A DNA stretch of 62,013 nt, the filler included. It is 19 parts of 19 records of this genome, joined end to end, with 100 filler letters (N's around TTAATTAATTAA, not from the genome) between each part and the next. Parts side by side here need not be neighbours in the genome. Positions count along the whole stretch, not along the records: positions 52,310 to 54,803 come from SRR11831586_1546; positions 54,904 to 57,433 come from SRR11831586_1547; positions 57,534 to 59,698 come from SRR11831586_1561; positions 59,799 to 62,013 come from SRR11831586_1564; 15 more parts are not named here. One strand, 5' to 3'. The first letter of the stretch is position 1, and every line of letters begins with the position of its first letter. The position numbers and the translations under genes were made by a program. This document shows, piece by piece, positions 53,032-62,013 of the stretch. The notes beneath the pieces were generated by a model. It searched no databases and was not told where the DNA came from. It worked only from the letters and a program-made list of their open reading frames with translations.

Positions 53032-53703
53032 TGGGTGGGCGTGTGTGTGTGTGTGTGCATGTGTGCGTGCGTGCTAGCGTGCGTGTTTAATTGGCGACAG
53101 TGTTGTTGTTGTTTCAGATACTGGCTGTCTATACGATGATGTCATCTGCGTTTCGGTGGCCATCATAATCCCCACGTACATGGCGTGACCGCCCACGGCA
53201 TTACTCCGTTGCACCCTGTCCGCTCAACTCGTGTATGCTCAGTGTTTGTGTTTGTATTCCTATATGTTTCGGCCTGCGTGAGTCAGTATTTACACATTTA
53301 TTTCCGCTGTATCGACAATGCGGGATTCGGGTAATGCGTTGTTGTTGTTATTTGTCTATCGCTCCAGTGCAGTGGCACGCACACCGGTAGAATGACTATG
53401 GCCAGAGAGTGAACAAGTGGGTTGATAAACCGCGCGTGAATGATGCTGTTCTTGGACGTGTACACACAGCTCCGAACCTTTGTTGATATTTACATCATGA
53501 TCACTACACTGTGACTAACTACTACTGTGTATCCGATGTTCGAATATCGCACCTCTCATAGTCGAAACATTCACACACGTCGTAGGCCACCGGCCAACTT
53601 CTCTATACATACACACAGCGCACAATCAACCTGAAAGCCACACATACACACTGTATGTTCATCGTGTGCGCCCTGCAGATCGAGATTGACCCTCTGATCG
53701 CAT

Positions 53704-54093
53704 TCATTTTAACAGCCACACCGCGGCAGCCGACGACACGCCACTCACAATCATGCCCCATGTCATATCAATCAGCGTCAGCTTCAAACTCCAAACCTTC
53801 AGCGTGGCATGATTGGTGAGATCATAGGTTCCGTACGCGAAGAGACCAAACAGAGCACCCCACCTGAGAGCCGTTTTCCAGTCGCCGGTTTTGAGAGCAG
53901 GGCCCACCACGAACAACGTGAGACCCACTGCATAGAGCATGTAGAAGATGACGGCAGGAGTGAGTCGAAACTTCTCAGCCAGCACCTGACCAATCAGCGG
54001 ACGATACACACGGTTGCCCATGACGCCGAGCCACACAGAGTCGATCACGCTGAAGACGGCGAGAACGATCAGGAATGCGAGTATCTGGGACAT
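53704..54093 (-). CDS. DUF2177-family membrane protein, bacterial-like and intronless
   Basis: 129 aa with four TM segments and motifs IDSVWLG, FYMLY, GALFGLFAYGTYDLTN.ATLK.W, IDMTWG. Confidence 0.85.
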   Translation of the reverse strand: MSQILAFLIVLAVFSVIDSVWLGVMGNRVYRPLIGQVLAEKFRLTPAVIFYMLYAVGLTLFVVGPALKTGDWKTALRWGALFGLFAYGTYDLTNHATLKVWSLKLTLIDMTWGMIVSGVSSAAAVWLLK

Positions 54094-54903
54094 TTCTTAC
54101 AGTTTGAATATCTTGAAAACGACAGCTCCGGTGCGGATTTTCGCTATAAGCACGGCACTGGACCATGTGCTTCGGTTTCGTACCGTAGTCCCAGCGCATG
54201 TCGAGCCGAGTCGCACGAGAGGAGTGCTAGAGGAGTTCATTTTGGAAAATATCGAGTTTCGTAGAGGAGTTGTTGACAAAATGGCAACGGTGTTTGGCTG
54301 GGATCTCGTTACGCAGCGATCGACGCAGAAGTTGATACTTCAGACGGGTGCGGGGCGCATCATGGATCTTCGTCGCACAGGGGTGTTTTTGGACCGTCCC
54401 GGTAACGGCGGGGCCTATGTGGATCCTCGTCCGCCCGGTATATCCGCCGCTGCGATGGAAAATTCATTGTGGGATTAACTCTGTGTTTAATGTTTCGGGG
54501 TATGAATAGGGTATGTAGAGCCTCGGAAGGGTCCGTCGATAGTCACGGCTCCTGCCAAGGACGGTCAATTATCACGGGGATTCTCTCCGTTTGTTCGTTT
54601 AGAGGTAACTACGCTACACTGTGTATTTATCATTCGCTGATGTTGTCTTTGTGCGTACAGCCCGGAGAACGAGAGCAACCTAAGAGACAGCCTGTGCGTG
54701 CATTCACTCCAGTTGGCCCCGCCAAGAAACGGTAGAACTTCATGTTCTGGTTGAAACTGCTTTATGTAACCTTCGCATGTGTGTGTGTGTGTGTGTGTGT
54801 GTGNNNNNNNNNNNNNNNNNNNNNNNNNNNNNNNNNNNNNNNNNNNNTTAATTAATTAANNNNNNNNNNNNNNNNNNNNNNNNNNNNNNNNNNNNNNNNN
54901 NNN

Positions 54904-57433
54904 AGATACCCAGCCCCGCCCCCGTTAGCGTTGGTACTGCTGGCGCTCGCCCGTTGTAGATGGGCCACGTTCCCTGCGAAGGACGAGTTACTCAACACAA
55001 ACACGATTTGTACGGGCGCGTTCAAGTAGAACGCAGCGCCGCCCTGCGAGTTGCTCAGCGCCGTTGAGTTGCGTGACTGAATGTAGTTGTTGGCGAAGGC
55101 ACAGTCCATCACGCTCACATGTGTGCTCACCAAATTGTATACATACAACGCGCCACCGTTGTTGTTGGTCTGCAGGGAGGCGCTGAAGTCCGAGTACACA
55201 GCGTTGGCGGAGATATTTGTACGGGCAATCATCAGCACGCTCGTTTGAAACCCAAAGATATAGAGAGCCGCCCCGCCGTTGGTGTTGCTGCCCGTGCCCG
55301 ACTGCGCATACGCATAAAACACGTTCCCCGTCAGAATGCAGCCTGTGATGTTGGTTTCGATGTTGACTGAGCCCAGGTAAAGGGCGCCCCCGTTGCTGTT
55401 CCCCGCCAACGACACCGAACTGCTGCAGTCGATCACGTTATCGCGCAGGGTCGAGTCCTGCACGGTGACGAGCGTGGGCAGGTTCGCGGTGAAGAAGACC
55501 ACACCGCCGTTCTGCGCAGGGGCGCTGCTGCGGGGCAACAAGCTCTGTGTGAGGTTGGCGTAGTTGCGGTCCCAGTTGGTGCGTACGATCACCACGTTCA
55601 TGTCAGCCACCGAGTTGAAGTAAGCTGCGGCGCCACCGTTCAGCGTGGTGTCCGTGGCAATATTGCTGATAGCGAAAATCTGGTTGTTGAAGAACTGCGA
55701 GTCGCTGATCGTCCCGCTGAGTGTGCCAGTGCTCAGTACGTAGATGGCGCCGCCGCCGTTCTGGTTGGCGCCGGGGAACTGCGACGTGACCAAAAGATCG
55801 GGAAACGATTCCAGAACGAGATTGCGGTTGGAAGAGGCGTAGTTGCCGATAAATTCGCACTGTGTGACGTCAAACGCGACCTGGCCGTGCAAGGAGTTGA
55901 GATAGACGCCCGCCCCGCCGTTCAGATTGGTGTTGATCGCGACCACATCGTCCGCCTAAAACAAACAACATCAACACAGACACAGAACACGTGGGGGGAA
56001 TGTGTTTCATACCACAGCACACAGGGGACTTACCGATACCAGAATACACCGGTAGAGCGACCGAAAACAAACAGATTGACCACAACGGCAGACCGAGACG
56101 TACCAACACACTGCACCCGCTGAACGAAGACTGGGAGAGATAGAATGCCAGCGACTGGTTCGTGAACACATACACGCCGGAACCGCCCACCGCGTTCATC
56201 GTAGCGTTGATGCCCACACTCGACATGAGGTTATCCACAAACTGGCACCCACCGATATTGACCACGGTCGGAGACATACCCAGTGCGTTCACATACACCG
56301 CACCGCCGTTGAACTGCTGTGTGGCCGACGAATAATCCGCAAACACGCTGTTCTGAACCACAAACATGTTGAGCGCGTACAGGTTGGCCACGGCCGAGAT
56401 GGTGTACAGCGAGGAGCCGCCGTTCGCATTCACCGGCGCCAAGTTGCCCGTCGCATACAGCACATTCCCCGCAAACTCCGTGTCCACCACCGAGAGATTG
56501 GTCACACTGGAGCCGAGCAGCGCCAGGGAGCCGAATTCAGTGTTGTCGATGTACAGCATACCACCGTTGCTGTTCTGCGACTTCGCCACGCACCCGCTCA
56601 CATCGACCACGTTGTTCGCAAAGATGCTCATCACAGAGGACAGGATAATCTCCCCCAGTGCTGACAGATACAGCACGCCCCCGTTCTGGTTAGCCCCGCC
56701 CTCCCCCAGAGACAGGCTCGCACTCGCGTTGAGAATGTTGTTGAGCCACAGGGTCTGGTTCATGGTGACGTTCATGAAGGAGAGCGAGTTGAAGTACGCG
56801 CCCGCACCGCCGTTGAACTGTGTCGACACAGCACGATTGGCCGGCACATACACCGAATTGGACTCGAACAGCATGCTGGTGAGCTGTCCCACGATCTCCT
56901 GCGCGTTGATGTAGATCGCACCCCCGCCGTTCTGATTGGACCCGGCCACCATCGTCTCCATATGCATGGGGTTGGCTGCACGCACCACGTTGGCAGCCGC
57001 TGTGACCCCGTTCTGAATCCACTGACTCTGGTCCCCCACGAAGGAGACCACCACACCCACCAGATACAGCCCGCCGCCCCCGTTGTAGTTCACAAAGAGC
57101 GCGTCGTTCAGGTCCGCTGCCACGCTGTTCAACGTGTACACCTCCTGCATGCTGCTCACACTCGCAGTCTTGTTCGCAATCAGCATCGCCGCACCGCCCC
57201 CGTTGAAATTCAACCGACCAGACAGCGTACCCACCACCGAAGCCCGGTTCCCGCTCCACAGCACCCCATTCGATGACCACAACAGATACCCAGAGGAGCT
57301 GTACATGGCGCCACCGCCGTTCTCTTGTGTCTGCGCACTCACACAGTTATCAGCGTTCACATAGTTGTTGATGAAGGAGGTGTTGGTGAGTGAGATCTGA
57401 CTGTAGCTGGAGGGCCCTGACAAGAAGTAGACC
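54904..57433 (-). CDS. Large Pmp-like (GGA/FxxN) parallel beta-helix repeat protein, internal fragment
   Basis: Two ORFs join in frame across a GT-AG intron at 55956-56103 to give about 790 aa. 19 GG-motif units alternate with F/WxxN motifs. Confidence 0.85.
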
Positions 57434-57579
57434 NNNNNNNNNNNNNNNNNNNNNNNNNNNNNNNNNNNNNNNNNNNNTTAATTAATTAANNNNNNNNNNN
57501 NNNNNNNNNNNNNNNNNNNNNNNNNNNNNNNNNTAACAAACAACACACACACAACACACAATGCACACGCACAAGCACA

Positions 57580-58820
57580 TACGGAGGGTGGAGGCCGCAG
57601 TTCCTTGTCAGACACTTGATAGACCAGCTTGCGTGTTGCAATACTGGTCAGCCGCTCCGGGTGCCGCGTTACATCCGTTACAAGTCTGTAGTTGTAACAA
57701 AACAACATTGTGTGAGTGTGATAGTGAACACAATGAGGGCAAAGAGAGAAGGAAAGAGTCGGTGTAAGGGCGCATGTAAGTGTGACATACATTATTGTGT
57801 TTGTGTGCGTATGTGGGCGTATGTATGTGTGTAACAAATCGACTTGTGGGTGCGTGGTACGTGTTCATGCTTAGTATCACAAGTGTGTCTATGTGTCTCC
57901 ACGCACGCGTGTGTATATGTACATATGTGTGTGTGCATGTGTTTCATAGAAAATGTGTGTGTGGTGTGTGTGTGCGTACCTTGCAAAATGGCGGTAGTTG
58001 AATTTCGTCAAGCGTTCCATATCATGTAACAGAAGAAGGGCCTTAACCGCATCTGCATTGTAACGCACCTGCACACAATCACGTTACACAGACACACAAA
58101 CAGAGAGAGAGACACGGACGCATACACACTCAGTTGACGCATACACGCACGCAAAACACACACACAACACTCACACCCGAACGCAAATGTCTCAGCCTTA
58201 CTCATACAGTGACCGCACGAATGTGGTGATGGTGCACATGGTAAGAAGACACAACCAATCCATACATACACACGTACGCGTCTAGGCATGCACGCGATAT
58301 TATATCCCACGCTCACGAGCATACACACACAAACGCATGCACACGCATACACCCACACACAGAGAGAGACAGAGTATGTTCGATATTGTGCGGTTGCATT
58401 GTGCGGTTGCATACGCACACCCACACAGAGTCTGTTCAATGTTGATATTCGTTGCGGTATGCGCGCGCAGATATGTAAGTCTATACGGTCGTGTGTGTGC
58501 CAACGTACCTCGGCTGTGCGTGCGTAGTCCATGAGAAACTGGCATGTCTCCCACTCGCTCAGCAGCCCGTCCTTGTCCGCATCGAAATGATCTAAGAAAG
58601 ACACACACACCCATACACACACGTACATTGTAAGAATGCAACGAGACATACATGAGAAGATGTGTACGATCGTGAAACGGAATTCATATAGCAGTCACAC
58701 ACTTCCCAAGGAACCACAAACTCTCTGTTTACTTGATAGAAACTACACGCATAAACAAACAAAAAGATTGTCAAGAAAACATACCCCACAATTTGCGGAT
58801 TTCAACATCGGTCACGGGCC
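57580..58820 (-). CDS. EF-hand protein, multi-exon fragment
   Basis: EIRKLW|DHFDADKDGLLSEWE is a canonical EF loop. Further short exons follow, with TG-rich introns. Confidence 0.6.
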
Positions 58821-60249
58821 TTAGTGGTAATACACCAACTCTTTCACAGAACGTTTGCGTCCCGCATATACACTTCACCTACGGGACCCACGTCAGAAAT
58901 TCTGGCTGCATGGAACATGAAATCACGATGGCCATAACGCGACCCACACTTGCAGCGTCTTTCAGTGATTCACGACACTTGGTGTACACAAAGGGCGTCG
59001 CAAACAGCACAACAAGACAGACAGAAGTACAGTGACGATGACACGATTGCAAGTAGAACGAACAAGAAAAGACGAACCATTTCTTCTTAAGCTAAACACC
59101 GTCTTCCAAGACACATGCAGAGCAAGAAAAAATCAGCGATTAGTGAAATTCGCGTTCAGAGCAATCTGTTTGTTACAAATTCTCAACTATCATCACCACA
59201 ATAAGGTGTGAAATCTGTTGTTACCACACAGAAAACGCACGGAGACGGCGAAATTGGTGAGAGTACGGAACGGGAGGCGGTGCACAGCAAACACGTGTGT
59301 CGGGTTTTGACGTTTCCAAATGTTCCAAAATGTGGATTCACACTTGAAAACTAGTTCGCCACACTGTTAGCTGATAAAATAAAGGAGAGCACATACGACA
59401 GTAGTGGTGGTGAGACTAGTGACTGTGTGTACGTGTCGTTATATCTTGCATCAACTTGAAAACCAATGCGGTGGTGCTTGGTTTGCATGGTGTACTCACT
59501 GAACACATGAGCGCTTGTTGCGTGCGGGAGTGGGAACCCGAGTAGAGAGTTTCCCATATCGATGTTGTGCTGCACCAGTTCCGCATGTGCGCGTCTAACG
59601 ACCTGAAAACAACAAAAAAAGAACACTAGAGACTTTGCATTGTGGTTTCTTGTGGGTTTAGCGCAAATCAGTGGTCACACAACCGCATTTTCTGTTTTNN
59701 NNNNNNNNNNNNNNNNNNNNNNNNNNNNNNNNNNNNNNNNNNTTAATTAATTAANNNNNNNNNNNNNNNNNNNNNNNNNNNNNNNNNNNNNNNNNNNNAA
59801 AGAAATATGCTAGACGTGTTCATGAACGTAAACGAGCCGAAAACAGAGATCACAAAATAGGGTACATCCGGCTTGGTCCTGAGCCTCGAGTTCTCGTCAC
59901 GTTCGGCTCTCACAGGTCTCAACCCACTCCCACTGAGGTACGCTGGTGTACCGGTAGTGTTTGCGCTCAAACGTAAAACGGCAAGGAGACCCCTCCTGTT
60001 CTGTGTGCATTGCTCGTGCACGTTCCCAGCTCAACTGAAGAAAATCTGAACAGCCGTGGCGGGACCTCAGTGTATTCTACAGCAACACGCTCATTCTATA
60101 CCCACAACATATATCTATAGGTACCTTCTCACACAACTTACCATCTTGAACAGTTAATAGAACACCGACCTGTGCATGTCCCTCAGCAAGTATGTGTTCA
60201 CCGCGCCGCACTCACATATCGTTGCTGTTGACTCATATCGTCATCATCG

Positions 60250-62013
60250 ACTCACCACACGAGACGATCCCTGTGCGGACTCCTCCCGCAAGCGAGCACG
60301 CAGACTGTGACGGGATGCCGTAGCGAGTGCGACCCATGCAGGGACGTTACTGCGCACACACTCCACGCAGACCGCCACCACGACCATCACACCCTATACG
60401 GAGACGGAAACCACAGTAAAGGTAAGCGGCGCACAGTGAGACAAGAGAGTTGCTTTTGAGTACGTGGTGACATGCACACGATTTGAACGAGCGTCTGCGA
60501 TTCATATGCCAGATGAGAGAAGAGATAATAACCAGACACACATACACATGCCCCCTCACCCCCGACACGTTCCCAGGGATCACTCGAAACATGCACATAC
60601 CACGTAAGCCAACACCGCAAAGAGCTGCACGGCCGTTGAGGGCAGACCACCCATCAGAAACGTGAGCAGGTTGCTGGAGAACACTAGCAGGCACGCATTC
60701 ACACAGACGCTGCCCACCAGAAGCAATCGCAGCGCAAACAACCATGGCCCTACACACACCAAACAACACAGAACAGGTGAGATTCTGGTTCGCTCATGTG
60801 CGTGGATGGCCAGTACCGATGTTGGTGACGTAAGACGGGGGCAGGCGGCGGTACACCATGCATGCGTTGGTGAGTGATGCTTTGAGACGCAACGCGGTGG
60901 TGATGGCCGTGATGACGCAGCTGAAGGGCCATATCGCGCCAAACAGCATCACAAAGCCCAGCTGCCACACTACACACACAGATACACACAGACATAGATC
61001 ACTCGGTTGAGTATCCAAGTAGATAGCTACTACTGAATATCAACCAGCAGCGCCCACGTACAGGCGGTGCCATAGAGGTCAAACTCACGGAACGACGTCT
61101 GAACCAGAGACAGACGCTGCTCCACCGATGTGCTCTCCTGCGCCCTCTCTTCGGCAACTTTCCGCACGCGGTCCTCAGCCATTCTCTGTGCTTCTTCCTT
61201 CATCTCATCCATGCGCTGTGCATCTTGCTCCTTGGTGTCACGCGCTGTGAGTGTTCGCAGTGTCTCTTTCAGCTTCTTCGCCCGCTGCTGGGCCGGCGAG
61301 AGGAGTTGGGTACGGGCACTGGATTTGGAGGGGCTGGAGGCGGTTTGGGTGGTGAGGGCGGGTGAGGATTGGGTGTCTGGGTTGCCGGTGCCCTCATTGT
61401 CGGAGTCACTGTCGGAAGGGAGGTCCGGTGGGGCGGTCACCACACGAGCACGCCACGCAGCCTACACAAATAAATGCACATGAGAACGTCAAATACAGAC
61501 TGTGAGTGTGTGCACGAACACGAGGAACTGACGCTCCATGTAGAGCAAAAACTTCGAGAGTAGAACAGACAGCAGACAATGTTTAGCGAATGAACACGTA
61601 CCAGGGCCGGCACGATGAGATAGGGGTACACGAGGAACGCAGCCTCACGGACGCAGTGCATGCCCGCAAAGAACCAGACAGCGTGGCTGACCCTCTGCAC
61701 ACACAAAACACACATTGGTGTAAGCACACACGAGCAACTTACCAACGGACCAGAACAAGCCCCGAGAAAGAGCACGTAATACATCGTGTACGAAAGAAAC
61801 GCACTCACGAACACGCGGCCGAATACGTACCGTTTCAATGAAGCAGATAAACGTCAGGAACGTGTAATTGTTCACCATATGGAACACAAGATGCTTGATA
61901 AATAGCGAGGTCTCGTGCGCTCTCCGCTGACTGTGATTCTCTGCACACAACGCCAACGTCAGCGTGCAGCCACACTATCAAACGCGACGCACACGTACAA
62001 ACCAACACTAACC
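60250..62013 (-). CDS. Anoctamin/TMEM16-family protein, 3' half
   Basis: ETSLFIKHLVFHMVNNY (TM5), LGFVMLFGAIWP (TM7-8), YRRLPP...NIG|PW, VCVNACLL (TM9). The 3' end is approximate. Confidence 0.82.

Noticed and set aside
54281..54478. Short ORF or structured RNA upstream of the DUF2177 gene
   Set aside because: I recognise no protein or RNA motif, so it is unsupported without a search.

Overview
This window is not one locus. It is a pseudomolecule of 19 short contigs joined by 18 identical 100-nt linkers (44 N + TTAATTAATTAA + 44 N). Four contigs (2628-9683, 25504-30607, 37950-41712, 41813-47338; 21,449 bp, about 35%) are Escherichia coli K-12-type chromosome: cstA-entHABEC, htpG'-recR-ybaB-dnaX-apt-ybaN-priC-ybaM, Rac intR'-ttcA-dbpA-ynaL-fnrS-zntB', and ftsH-rlmE-yhbY-greA-dacB. 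These are most likely food-bacterium or cloning-host carry-over. The other 15 contigs come from a gene-dense, intron-rich eukaryote, probably a flagellated protist, with GT-AG introns and (TG)n-rich intron sequence. By manual splicing they encode PIKfyve/Fab1, WDR7, a TM-PAS hybrid-type histidine kinase, a Helitron-like Pif1 helicase, EF-hand, C2 and TBC proteins, a Cav/Nav-type channel, TTC12, Mis12, an ankyrin protein, a GH28 enzyme, PA200, casein kinase I, a Sip5/GW2-type RING protein, a C2H2 protein, a PPR protein, a profilin-like protein, a DUF2177 protein, a Pmp-like beta-helix repeat protein and an anoctamin. I cannot support a complete new multi-gene system, because the contigs are unlinked. 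The best leads are: an E2F + 4 nt + CHR (DREAM-type) promoter motif upstream of Mis12, repeated upstream of the RING gene; an intronless bacterial-like DUF2177 gene inside a eukaryotic contig; an anoctamin that appears to lack the Ca2+-binding acidic residues; and a 341-aa higher-order repeat in the Pmp-like protein. All family calls come from motif recognition, with no database searches.
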